Source of the DNA: Flectonema sp. DT1601
Taxonomy: Eukaryota
Length of the DNA stretch: 64,000 nt
Assembly: GCA_964019425.1 (NCBI GenBank)
Contig: OZ025799.1
Location: forward strand, 992,001-1,056,000
Direction of reading: 5' to 3'
Shown: positions 38,971 through 51,982 of the stretch, in pieces
How the letters are laid out: each line of letters opens with the position of its first letter
How positions within the stretch are numbered: the stretch's first letter is position 1
Notes under the pieces: generated by a model
Told to the model about the DNA's origin: nothing
Database searches by the model: none
What the model saw: the letters and a program-made list of their open reading frames with translations, nothing else
Translations under genes and position numbers: made by a program

Positions 38971-41050
38971 GATTTTTTTTTAAAATAATTGTTTTCTTTT
39001 TCTCGACGATCAGATCCAATTGATCGTCCTTTTTTTTTTTTTTTTTTTTCCTTTATTCTTTCCATCCCTCCCGCTCCCCTTATTTTAATAAAAACAAGAT
39101 CAGCTCAGCTTGATCGTTAATCTTTTTTTTTTTTTTAAATTTAAACTGATTGTATTTATATCTGGTTATTTTTCTCAACGATCGGCTATGCCGATCGACC
39201 TTTAAAATAATTGTCTTCTTCTTCTCGACGATCAGATCCAATTGATCGACCTTTTTTTTTTTCCTTTATTCCTTCCATCCCTCCCGCTCCCCTTATTTTA
39301 ATAAAAGCAAGATCAGCTCAGCTTGATCGTTATTTATTTATTTATATTTTTTTTTTTTTTTGTTGGTCCTAGTCAAGACCTTAAACTGACTAATCGGTCT
39401 TAATTTTAACTAAGTGAATGAACCCTTCCCGTTTTCCTTTTCCCTTTATTACTCTCTATCTGGTCTGTTATGTCATAAATCTCATTTAATTTTATCATTC
39501 ATTTTAATTTTCACTGTTTCCCATCTACATTTTATTTTCAAATAGTTCCGGTCTGTCTTTAATTTTAAATAAGTATTAAACTAGTCCAACTGATCATGTT
39601 AACTCAATATTTTTTTTTATGTGCAAGAGATACCAACACGCAAGAGATACCAACGCACATACGAGATACCAGCACTTCCGAGATACCGACACACAAGAGA
39701 TACCAAGACACTTAAGATACCAGCAAGGACAGTGAGAGGTAGAATGAACACTCCTCCTTGTGTCCGATCCTGATTATTTTTTGTTGAACTGGTAGTGTTA
39801 CCTCAGTTTGCGACTCTCGTATCTGTGTTGTGTTAACTCATGTAAGTGATCTTAACTCCTGTTAAATAAAAAAAAAAAAAAAAAAAAAGAAATTAAAAAA
39901 GAAGTATCTTCAAACGAAGTTATAACAACCCCTGCCACCCATTATGATCAATTCCGCTTGTTTTTTTTTTTTTTTTTTTTTCTTTTCTTCAAATATAAAA
40001 AAAAAAAAAAAAAAATTAAAAATTATAAAAGATGAAACAATGTTATCATTGTTTTTTTTATCGATCGACTATGTCGATTACTTCCAATTTTCCGTCCTGG
40101 TCAAGACGCTAAACTGATTGTTTTTTTTTTAATAAATAAACATAGATGGAAGTGCCCTACAATTTGGAGGGCGTGTAGGGCGCTTGTAGGGCGCTTTTAA
40201 TATAAATATTATTTTGGAGGGCGCTTTTTTTTACCTTTTTTATTACTATAAGACAGCTAAATTGACGTCGACTTATACTGACGCACAAGCATTTTGACGC
40301 AGAAGCCAAAAAAAAAAATTGACATGCTTGTCAGTCTTTCGAAAAAGAGAAAAAAGGGTGTCACGGGGTTCGAACCCGAGACCTCCAGGTCATGGTTCGG
40401 AGGTCAACAATGGCAAAAACAATGGGCTACTCCTTGAGAGCTTCCGGAGCCTGCTGCAATCCCTGAAGCTGAAACTCATTTCAGTGGACGATGCATCCCA
40501 GATCTACAAGGAGCTGATTAGCCCGCAGAATGCACCGAGTCGAATATAGAGGGATTCGAGGAGGGAGAGTGCGTTCTTACTAACCTGTTAATAGGCCGGT
40601 CTTCACGGTACCTTGTGAGAAAAAAAGAAGTTTACTGGTGGCAAGTAAACTGATACCCCAGAGACGCATTTGATCGGGCGAACCGGAGAAAAGTCAAATA
40701 AGATGCGATTCGACCCTCGCTGAGGGCAGGGGTGTGTCAAAATGAGCTCGGCATTATATTAAATTTAATTAAAAAAGCGCCCTACGCGCCCTCCAGCGCC
40801 CTATTTTGGCCCTATTTTGGCCCTACAATGGCCCTATTTTGGCCCTACAAATTTTTGTGGCTGATTTTCACCAGGCGCCCTCCAAATTTGGAGGGCACTT
40901 CCATCTATGAATAAAAAGAATTAAAAAAAAAAAAAAAAAGAATAAACAATGTTATCATCGTTTTTTTTTATCGATCGACTATGTCGATTACTTTCTATTT
41001 TCCGTCCTGGTCAAGACGCTAAACTGATTGTTTTTTTTTAGATAAATAAA
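38971..41050 (+). repeat. Repeat X block A and satellite units
   Basis: 38971-39863 matches 35280-36382. Satellite units flank the 40141-40909 insertion. Confidence 0.85.
40141..40909. mobile_element. Non-autonomous TIR element (CATAG ends)
   Basis: TIR catagatggaagtgccct / agggcacttccatctatg, subterminal gccct repeats, apparent 6-bp TSD aataaa. tRNA-like piece at 40357-40410 (minus). Confidence 0.85.
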
Positions 41051-41653
41051 AAAGCACAACTTGGAACAAAATGTAGTGAAAACCAAACCAGTGCCAAGCT
41101 GATCAAGAATGGCAAAGGAGCGAAGTGTGGCGACTTCTTTTGTACACTCAGTCAGGTTGACCAAAAGAGAAACATAAATGAGGTGACTCAATGCCACACA
41201 AAGGAATTTGTGGGGCCTGATGGAAACTCGTCTCTCGCAGGGACCAAACTTAAGGAACTAGAAGAAGATCGTAAGCGTTCCTGTGCTGACAACGATGTCT
41301 TTGTGTTGATGACCAATAAAAGAACTGTGAACCTGAAGACGAACGAACAATCCTGGCAGAGTAGTATGAAGGAGAACCTATTTGGTGTTGTTGATTATGA
41401 AAACATGGACATTTACTTCGGATCATTCGCCCCGTTCTGGAGACCTATTGTGAAGAAGGAATACTTACTAGCAGAGAGTTTAGAAAGAGTTGAAAGTAGT
41501 CTAACAACCTCCTCATCTGTGTCTGGGACCTTAACCTGTAGATATTGTGGTGCAACAACAAATGCCAGAGGAGAACACTTTTCGAATGACTGGAGTTTGA
41601 AGTGCCATGAAACCCGATGTCCTGACAAGCAAGACGAAGATGAAGAAGAATAG
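41051..41653 (+). pseudogene. 5'-truncated Crinkler-like REase-fold domain plus C2HC zinc finger
   Basis: Open frame IKNGKGAKCGDFF..EVTQC..FVLMTN..GVVDYENMDIYFGSFA and CRYC..HETRC. Begins abruptly at the repeat boundary. Confidence 0.5.
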
Positions 41654-42410
41654 AAAGCCTACCCATGAGGCCCAACCTTTATAGAAAAACTCCCATTAGA
41701 TTTAAAGTCCTTTAAGATAGTGATGAAATGATTACTTAACAAAAGAAGCAAACTGCGTGTTCGAAATAATAAAAAAGGTGAACGACTAAAAGAAAAGCTT
41801 TTCAGGTTTAATACTGCGACTAACAGAATCCATTTATTCATTCCACCCACTACCCCAAAGAAGTTGAGCTGTAGTTGTCAAAGTCTCCTATGTGGCTCTG
41901 AACATTTGATGGCATGGATAGCATGCTGATCTGGTGCGATGAGAAGATTGGTGAGGTTGACGGTGTATCGCAATACACTGTTGCTGGGACCCTGCATCTC
42001 CGCCCACAGCCACCAAGTACAGTTGTCCCGATACTCTTGCAGCACATCGCCATGCGCCGCATTCCGCAGTTTACCCGCCAGCTTCATGGTCTTGACTCCG
42101 TCAGTTATTGGGCTGCACGAAGAGAGATGATCCGGTGGTTGTATGTGCAGGATTGTGTGTTCCTCATTCGCAACCGGGAGAGTACCTTCTGCCTGGTAAG
42201 TGACGCAACATCTGTGACAGAAAACTCTTCAGAGATTGCAACGAAGACACATAGAGATCCAAAAGCAGTACTATTGCAACACATATTATTCACTGGATAT
42301 CACTCACTTTTTTCACTAGAATTCACACATTTTCACGGGATTTCACTACCAGAAAGCAGCAAAAAATTAAGTGAAAAATCGTGAATTTTCGTGTAGCAAA
42401 GTGAAAAATC

Positions 42411-43020
42411 GTGAACACCTCCACCCTGCCGATCGCCTCATATTTAGAAAAAAGGAGAAAAAAAAAAGCGGTTGAAGTTCCCCACCCCAGTAAAACATTT
42501 AGAAAAACGGGAGACCCACATGATCCAACAGAAATGGGATTGAGCAAGTTTGAGTTGGTACCTGGCGATATTAACCTTGCGAGTGGTTGGGTCTTACTGG
42601 ATGACATTGGAAACAAAAAGATGCAAATCCCAGAGTTCATAACACATGTCGTCACCTTACAAAGGCCTGACATCTTCCTCTACTCAAAGAGCGCAAAGAG
42701 AACAATAATTATTGAACTCACTTGCCCCAATGAGGACAGATTTGAAATCTCGAAGGAGATAAAAGAAAAAAGGTACGAAGACCTTCAGAAAACGAGCATT
42801 GCAAATAATTTTGATTGCAATGTTTTCACAATTGAAGTAGGCGTGAGGGGCAACGTATGTGCAGATCAGGTGAACATCTGGACTAAAACATATTGGAACT
42901 CCAATGAACACAACAAAGGCTATGCTATGTGAAGTAACGCATAAGCCGACAATGTTCTTATGTTTTATTCCAAACAAGGAATATGGCCACATGGCAAGAG
43001 AGACCGCTTATGACAAGTAA
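42411..43020 (+). mobile_element. Relic restriction-like endonuclease domain of a non-LTR retrotransposon (HERO/R2-group-like)
   Basis: W.LLDD...RPDIFLYS...IIIELTCP.E...K..RY..L...IEVGVRG, frameshifted afterwards. Confidence 0.8.
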
Positions 43021-43486
43021 AGTTGTAGAACAAGCAACTACAAGTTTTCAGAAAGTAGGTGCACCTGTTTTTTAGGAGAAATAAAGCGAACAACAAGAGA
43101 CAAGCAACGAGCCTATGATAAAAAAGCCCTCGGTTATTTTATGCAGAGACTGTTTGCGGAAATGAAAAGCATCTCTCAAGCCACTGTGACTGCTTGTTTA
43201 TGTTTGTTACAAAGTTTATTTGTTAAAGAAGAAAGAACTATTTCACCCCCAATCCCTAATATAAGTGAAACACACAGTAGTTCATCATCCGTCTCATTTT
43301 CATATTTATCTTCCGTTTCATCGTCGGTTTCGTCATCTAATAAGTCATAGATTCTTCTTTGGCAGGGAAATATTCTTGTGCGGAAAACCTCGCGAGTTTG
43401 AAAAAAATCCCCAAATCTGCGAGAATATTTCTCATTGTTACTGTTTTTACGTCAAAGCATTCAAAGTTTCACCCCTTCATTCAAGA

Positions 43487-43640
43487 GGTATATGGATTAC
43501 CCTTGAAACCTATAGTTATTTTATTATGCTAAGTTGCGCATCATCCTTAGTCACTGTATTTGAGACTAATGTTAAATTATCTTTATGTTTTTATGATACA
43601 ACACAACACGGTTGTACTTTCTAAAAAATCAACATACATT
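43487..43640 (+). mobile_element. 5'-truncated copy of the ribozyme-bearing element 3' end
   Basis: Aligns with 7175-7317. Flanked by cccc(t/c)tcattcaaga at 43472-86 and 43641-55. Confidence 0.7.
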
Positions 43641-43705
43641 CCCCCTCATTCAAGATCTGTGATAGAAGAAAGTAATAATATTTACGTTTCCCAGGTAATG
43701 TACAG

Positions 43706-46700
43706 ATGCCAAGTTTTGAGAAATTACTGAGCAATCACATTGACACGTGTACCACCAATGACAGCTTAACATTCTTAGAAGAGGTTGAAGAATCTAAAAT
43801 AGAAAACATTCTGAGCAAGTCAGAATGTGATGTTTACATATCCCGACCCAGTCAGACAAGCGGACACACCTTATTCTCAGCTATGGTACTTGCGAGGAAC
43901 ACGGCAGTGCTGAAGTTGATGCTTTCCAATACAAGAAACAGAGAAAACCTTATTTTTAGCGGAGTATATATTGATCAAAACGTGTCTAACTATAATGAAG
44001 TAGATGAACCCTTTCTCAGTAGTGAAATGATTACATTGGAAAGCCATAAAACGACAACAATTCACTTGGCCTGTAGGTGGGACCATCTTGAAGTCTTGAA
44101 GTGTTTGATGGAGGGTTCACAGCTTGGTACTGTGAAAGATGATTTTGTACATTTACCGTGTCATCATGAGAGACAATTTTTCGAGGTATCGGATGATGAT
44201 GGAGGTGGCAAGACCCCAGTTGAAATCATTCTAGAAAAAGTAAAAATTGGAAAAACGGAGTCCATCCCGCTTCTTGCGTACCTCATAAAAAGCTCCAGCA
44301 ACGATGTGTTTCTTGAGGCTGTTGCTAAAACAGACTTCAAACTAAACACACTATTCGGAAGGGACACCATATTAAAACTTGCAATATTCACTGGCAACTA
44401 TTCGCTAGCACAAGCATTGCTGAGTTCTGAACATGGCGTTACGTTATTAACAAACGAAATAGTATTTTCACCCGTCGTCAATGTATTTATCGATGAGAAC
44501 TTAGGAGGTATTCTCGAGGTGGTTTTGAAGATGAAAAAAATTCCTCAAAAGTTTGTGAAGGCCGCTCTAGACAAGTGCGGTGCATCAGAAAAGGTCCACT
44601 CGGAAATACTCAAGGGAGCAGTGTTATACGGAAACAGCAGAATTGTTAGCGCAATTAGTGATGTTTGCGATTATAAACTAATTTTGGAACAGTTAGACAG
44701 TGGTTTTGAAGAACTTTCTCATAATGGAACGTGTCAGGACGCAGCTGATGTCTTGCAGATCTTACTGTTAGCAGGTTGTGAAAAGTACAATGATTTTCCT
44801 GAAAACTTCAACTCAATGGTGACTACAGAGAAATCAGATGAACTAAAAATATTTCAAGAACATGGTACCATATTACACATAGCATCGAAAGGACTGATGT
44901 CGAATGTTTATGGGTGGATTGCAATAAAACATCCCAAAGCTCTCAATGCGCAACGCGAAGCCATACTTCGACTGGCGTTGACTACAACATTCCAAAACGA
45001 ATCTATTCGAGACGCGAGTTTTTTATCATTATTGCTTGGAAACTGTTGTTCAGATCCTATCACCAATTGGCAGCCGATTCTCAGCTCTGTTAGCGAGGCA
45101 AACGTTAACAATCTGCTGACACAAGAGAAGGTAACTCTGCTTTTTGTAGCATGTCAGGTTCACACAACCGAAAGTAAATCGCTTGTGGAGTATTTACTCT
45201 CCAAATTAGGTGCGAAATGTGACATTCGAACTGCCACTGGGGACACCGCACTGACAGCACTTTGGTATAAAATAGCTGATGGTATTGAACCGAAAGGCAT
45301 GTTGAGATTATTGTTAGATAACGGGGCGGATGTGAATGCTCGGAATTCGAAGAACGAGAGTGCCCTTCATCACTCTTTGCAATTTCAATCTTCGTTGACA
45401 AGAGAATTAATTACTAACAGACACATGGAGCTGTCCACTGTCAAGGCAGCACTGTATCCAAGGGTTGGAGAGGATTCAGCTATTGACCCCTTTAAGACAT
45501 TTCCCTTGTCTGATAAACTCACTGGGACTATATTACATCTATTCGCTCAGGAGATAGTTTCCTTTGATGTTATTCGGGCAACTCGCTACTTGCTAACTCC
45601 TTTCACATGTTATGATGTGTTGAATCTACTGAAATGCGAAACCAGCCAAGGCAGCACCGCTCTAGACATTGCTTGTCGTGAAGGAAGGAAAGACCTCGTA
45701 GCTCTCTTAATGGCCACTATTTCAAGCAAAACACAAGAATGGGACATCACTTCTGCAATCAACGTCAGCATGAAGCTCCCAAGTGTATCTTCTCGAGTAA
45801 ATCTCAGAGCTGAAGTATTGACAATTCTTTTGGAATGTGTAATGTTCAAAGATAAAGATCTCGTAAGGAACGTAGTGAGTGAAATTAACGATTTGAATAC
45901 TAATTTTGGAGAATGGCCCCTACTGTGCATGGCAGCGGAGGCTGGAAACGAAGTAATGGTCTCCTTGTTACTGGACCAAGGAGTAAATACTTCTGTTTCT
46001 GGACCCCAAGGAACAGCCCTTCATTCAGCTGTTAGGAGAGTGCGACCAGATATTGTCACGCAACTACTATCAGGGGACTTCATGACAGACGAATGCGTGA
46101 CTGCAAAACATGATGGGATGACAGCCGTTTCTGTGGCAGCACAAGTTTACAAGAGATTTGAAGAAATAAATGGGATCAGTAGCATTAATATTCTTATGGA
46201 TAGACATCTTGCTCACACTGGACATAAAGAACTTTTACTAAATATAATCTCAACTGAAAACAAGCTTTTGAAAGCTTCACTCACTACTGGAGCGACATAT
46301 GAACCCAGTAGTGTCGTGGGGGCTACCAGCAACCTAATTTGGATGACATCAAACAGTCCATTCCTTACTAATACTTCCTACAAAAGCAGACACCGACACA
46401 GTCCTGATAAGATAAGACATTCAATGTTTCACAATCACAGCAGTTGCTTAGATAAATTACTCTCCAGTCTGGAACATATTTCTGGAAACACATCAGAAAT
46501 CGCTTTCGTTTTATACGGATGTGAACCCAACAGAGCCTTTGAAATGTTAATTGCCTGTGTTTTATATACTATACAAGAATTTCATGTCGAAAGTGGCATC
46601 CAACGTGTTACTACTAACGAGGAGTGTAGTGTTTCAGAGCTCAATAAAGTTGTGGAAGATCTCAGAGGCTTTCTTTTGCGTTTGCCAAAGCATAGTTCGC

Positions 46701-49700
46701 TTCATCATTTCTACAGAGGGACTGAAAAAAAATACCTACCAAGAACCTTGGGTGGAGAAGAATTAAACTGTCGGTTTATGTCAACATCACATGATATTAA
46801 TTCGGCGATGGTATTCGCTTTTCAAAATCAATGCAAACCAGCACTCTTGATGGGTCACACGTACTCAGCTGGTGACATTGAAGGGTTCAGTGTCTACAGA
46901 GAGGGTGAGCTGTTGATACCTCCAACTTGCAAGTTCAAACTGCAATGGGTAATGTCACCAACACTCATGCGAATGTCTTGTTACCGATTTTATAAATGTG
47001 GTGAACTAATGGTTAATCGCGGTATCAGTTGCGCAGCTGTCTCAGAAATTGGAGGAAACACTGACAGTGCAACCAGAGAGCAACGCAGTAAAAATACTCT
47101 TCAGATGACTAAAGAAATTACACAGGAAGCTTATAATACTCTCTTTGGGGGTTTTTTGGGAACCTTTATCCCAAATGACATGGGTCTTAAGGCAACTGAC
47201 CCCGATTATAGTCGTCTCCTTGGTAAGTTTTTAGGAACATATATTCCGAATAACTTAGAACTGGTATACCCTCGTAGGTCAGCAGTGACTCAAGACGATT
47301 TAAATGTCCAAACTGTACTTGAGAAATGGCTAAATGACGACTTAGGTAAGAAAGAAGAAGTAGCTCTCTGTTTTGAAGGAGATCCTGGAGTGGGAAAGAC
47401 ATCAGCAGCTTTGAAAGCGATGACGTATTTGAATGAGCAAAATTACTTTACGCTATTCATTCCACTACCGAAAGTTACTAATGTGTTTGGATGGGGTGCT
47501 ATCGATGACTACGTAGCCGCACATTGCATTGGACTGATGTGCGAGTTAGAAGATTTGCATGCCAATGCAGAATCCTTAAAACCTATTTTGGTATTAGAAT
47601 CACTTGATGAGATACCAAAATCAGAAATAGAAAGTACACAAGGACAAGTTCATAATCTACGACTACGAAACAGTACATTGCTTAAGTACGCCTGTATAGT
47701 TACTACTAGAAGCGACTTTCTCTCTCGCCTAACAAACGATCCAAGTGAGTTATTTGGAGATGTCAGGTGCTATCGACTGCTTCCCTTTAATACAACGCAG
47801 AGAAGAGAGTGTTGCAAAAGGAGCACCGCAACCGAACTCACAAAAGACGAAGTCGCGGTGCTTTCTGGTCAAACCCAAAACAGCGATCTTGAGAATCCTT
47901 ACGTCCTCAGCATCACATTAGAAGCCATGACTGAAATTAAAAAAAGAAAACTATCTCTCTCTGCTATAACTGATATGGATATCTTAGACGCATATCTACA
48001 CCAGAACAATGAAAGACAATTACAGGAGTTAAAGAATGTAATGGCCAGTGTTGGGATTACTGTTCGTCAATTGCTTTGCAGAATTGCGTGTCTGATGCTG
48101 TATGAGGGAGTCTGGGAGGGAAAATTCTTTGATTTTCTCGATAATTTCTTACTCTCATCAGTTCAAGGTTGTATTGAAGAAGAGCCTTTGAGAACTGTAC
48201 GGCAGTCATGTGGCAACCACATCGCATTTTTCCCTTTTCGTACTGAAAACGAAGATACGCTGACCATCGTCGGATTTTCACACAAGTCACTCGCTGAATT
48301 TCTGGTGGCGAACGCAATATACACCGACGTGTCTATCCTCCGGACAGTTTTTAAAGATCGCAACTTCAGTACTGAGGTCCCCGGAGTGTTACACTTCTTT
48401 CGCCAACTAGTTCAACGACAGCAGGGATCAAGCAGCGTTGAATGGCGCGACCCGAAACATATTAAAACAGCTCTTTGCGCACTCCTGAATGAGACCGAAG
48501 AATTCTCATCAGTCACAGCAAATGCTGTCTCACTATTAGTGTCTGCTGGTTTATCAGTTCACCTAGATGATCAAGATGAGGATCTGTCGTTTGAGAACAT
48601 TCGTTTGGTAAACGCAGACTTGTCAAGATCGTACTTGGCGCATATTTCATTTAAAAATGCTCATCTGGAAAGGTGTCGTTTTGAAGGATCTCAATTTATT
48701 GAATGTAACTTTTCAGGAGCTGTTTTTAAAAACTCATTTTTTGGAGTGACTCGACCAATTACAAAGCATTCTAGTCCGAGTAAAGTGACAGGATTAAGTT
48801 TTTCACCTGATGGATGCTGCTTGGCATCCTCAACGTCAGACTCATTAAGGATTACAACCATTGGAGGAAAGGATGAAAAATCAATTTCAATCCTATCCCC
48901 TCAAAGCAATCGATCAACAAAAGAAATGACCAACATCTCAGTAAAAGCAATCTCATACACTCCTGATGGTAATCACATAGCTGTTGGATATTCAAATGGT
49001 TTAATTGTTATTTATAGCATTCGTCATAATAATCAGATTTTGAACTTGGGATATCACACAGATGCTGTAGTTGACATCAAAATCTCAACATGCGGTCCCT
49101 CAATCACTCTATCCCCAACAAAGGAAGGAATCTGTGAGGTGTATTCAGCTTCAATTGATCGGAGAGTTGTTTGTTGGAAGTTATCTCCTCGGAGAATCGA
49201 ACATGTCATCAAACATGATGTGGCGGTTAGTTGTTTGGCAATTACCGAAATAGCGAGTTATGATAACAGAGATGTTCGTATTGTAATAAGCGCATCTCAC
49301 ACAACAATAAATACGACTCTTCGAAAGTACAAAAATGACATCGACAGCGACAGCTGGGTCGCATCAGAAAAGTGTCCTCAGATGCCCTCACCCGTTACTT
49401 GTATGCAACTTCAACCTAAAGATTCCTCACAACAAGGTTACAGTGATATTCTTATAGTTGGTTGTCGTGATGGATCGGTAAACATTACGAAAATAAAAAT
49501 TATTGAAAAACAAGATATCAGAAAAAAGAAAAGATTGTGCAGCTATTGGAAGGAATCTGAAAGTAGTTCGGTCTCAATGGTAGTTACTAGTAAATTAAAT
49601 GAGGTAGTGAAACACACGTTTGCTATAAATAGTTTATTTGCTGTATCACAATATCTCATAACAGCTTCTGACGATGCTGTTATCAGGATTTGGGATTTCA

Positions 49701-50326
49701 GAGATCCCACCAACAGTCAACTCGGAGCCAGGACGGAACTTCGAAAGCTTCACGGACATAAGAACAGCGTTACAACACTAGCTTGTCGATGGGCTGCCGT
49801 TGATTCAACTGGGAGAACGGATCTATTGTCGATATTAAAAAACTGTATTGCGAGTGGTAGCAATATGGGAGATGTGTTTCTTTGGAATGTTACCGAAGGA
49901 AGTAATCGACGACTACACGGACACGCAGGATCAGTAACTTCTGCTTCAATATCCTCAAACGGTAATTACATCACATCATTAGGTTCTGACGGCACGAGAC
50001 GAAAATGGAATGCTAAAAATGGAAAACAAGAAAGCGTCAGTTTGATAATCAAAGCTGATCATCAGAGGACAACAACTATTGAAAGAGAGGTTACTTGGCA
50101 CAAAGATTTAATTATCCTCAGAGATCGCAACAAGCCTTCAAAAGTTCGGATGTGTTTCGGAACAATGGAACGACTATCAACAATCTCATGTACGTTTGAT
50201 AAAAGTAAGTTATTCGGTGATATGGAAATTCTTCAAATGATGAGCACGGGAGGGAAGTTTGTCGATCCGTCAGTCTCCCGGATTATGAAATCCTCGCCGA
50301 GTGGTGCAACAGCCGGTATGTTATTG

Positions 50327-50358
<32 letters not shown>

Positions 50359-50768
50359 GGACTGCATTTGTACTTCACATAATTAGTGTCCTGGTTTTTC
50401 GATTTACTTGCTTGTTCAAAAAAAAAAAAATAAAAAAAGTGTTATTTGGTCTTTCCTCTTATTTCTGTTATAACCGCTTCAAGAAACCTTCTTTCGAACT
50501 TTTATTGTCACCATGATGAATGGATTGGTTCACTTGTTTTATTATTACTCAAATCAAACCAGGTGACATTACTGATCATGAACAGGAGATCGCAGACTTG
50601 CGTCGGGAACGACAGATCGCAGAGTTACGTCATGAGAACCAATTATCGGAATTACGTCGACACTATGAAGGACAACTGTCAAAATTAAAAAAAGATACGA
50701 AACCTAGCGATGATTACCTTGTCGAAATGACACCAGTCTTCACCACTGAGTATGCTGTTGCTGATTAG
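43706..50768 (+). CDS. NLR-like protein: ankyrin repeats, ADP-ribosyltransferase-like, NACHT, pentapeptide, WD40, coiled coil
   Basis: Exons 43706-50315 and 50563-50768 (GT-AG, in frame). Ankyrin G.TALH motifs; FYRG/FMSTS/EGELL; GDPGVGKT and LVLESLDE; ADLS..F.NA.L pentapeptides; SDDAVIRIWD and GH.GSVTS WD40 repeats. Confidence 0.88.
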
Positions 50769-51067
50769 AGGATGTTCAACTGATATAAAAATCCTAACAA
50801 GGGATATATTTGTTGGTCCAAAAAAAAAAAAAAAAAAACGATCACCGATTTTAATCTCTGCATCTTATCTTACCCGAAACGATTTTCCTGTATTGATTTG
50901 TGTATTTGAAAAAAATTATATTTTTTTTTTCCTCTAAACACAGACGGATATGTTAATGGAAATATTTATTAAAAACAAATCCACTGCTTACACCTCTATC
51001 TCACCCAAGACGCTTTTCCCGTACAATAATTATAATTATTTTTTTTAAACACAGACGCATTAGAGAT

Positions 51068-51982
51068 ATGTCAATAATTAATAATGCGACGTTACGAACA
51101 ACAATAACATCTAAATGTGAAAATCCAGATGGAGACACAGCAAATAACATCATAATGGGAGTGTTAGCTGTAATGACATTCGTTACTTTTATTCCAATGA
51201 TGTGGTCGCTGTACCGCTCGAAGACTAGTAGAGGTGTGAGTCTTCTTATGATGTTTTTGATAAATATAACAAACTACTCAAATACGATTGGTGTTGGTTT
51301 GCAAAATTGGCAAAGTATGATTTGTTGTAGACAGTCCTGGGACACTGTCACATGTATGGAAGGGTTGAATCCGTTCTTTTTAATTGCGGCGAATATTATC
51401 GGATCGATACCAGTTTATTATTTATTAGTTTACTACTTTGAAGAATCAGATATTAGTTTTGAAAGAGATCTGGAACATGGATCTCAAAAAAGTGACATTT
51501 CAGCAATCACAGATTCCACTTACATTTCACAAAATCTCATCTCAAGACAAGACGACTCGAATCCTGTTACAAAGCAACGTGCTGTTTGTAGTTTGATTGC
51601 TTTTCATGTTTACGTGATAGTTACAGTTGGCCTGTCTGCGATATTTTTATGGAAATCAGGTGTTCACAGTAATGAGGTAACATATTATGCTGACGTTATG
51701 AACATAGCATCTGGTGTCACGATGGCTATTTCTTGGATTCCTCAAATAATTACAACCTTTCGAATGAAAGACATTGGATCTCTCTCAATGTTGACTATTT
51801 TATTACAAGGTCCCGGATCTGCTGTTGTTTGCGTCACGATGTTGTTGAATGGACAAAATTTCACGTCTATTGCTCCATTTGCTGCTTGTTTTGTTTGTCT
51901 TTCTATTCTGTTAGTACTTTGCATCAAATATGAGTATATTGATAAACGAAAATATAAAAAACAGAACGATGAGGAATCGTAG
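51068..51982 (+). CDS. PQ-loop repeat membrane transporter
   Basis: About 7 hydrophobic helices, with FIPMMWSLYRSKTSRGVS and WIPQIITTFRMKDIGSLS motifs. Confidence 0.88.
   Translation: MSIINNATLRTTITSKCENPDGDTANNIIMGVLAVMTFVTFIPMMWSLYRSKTSRGVSLLMMFLINITNYSNTIGVGLQNWQSMICCRQSWDTVTCMEGLNPFFLIAANIIGSIPVYYLLVYYFEESDISFERDLEHGSQKSDISAITDSTYISQNLISRQDDSNPVTKQRAVCSLIAFHVYVIVTVGLSAIFLWKSGVHSNEVTYYADVMNIASGVTMAISWIPQIITTFRMKDIGSLSMLTILLQGPGSAVVCVTMLLNGQNFTSIAPFAACFVCLSILLVLCIKYEYIDKRKYKKQNDEES

Noticed and set aside
41690..42400. Genes from the overlapping short ORFs
   Set aside because: No consistent frame or motif. Probably degraded element sequence upstream of the endonuclease relic.
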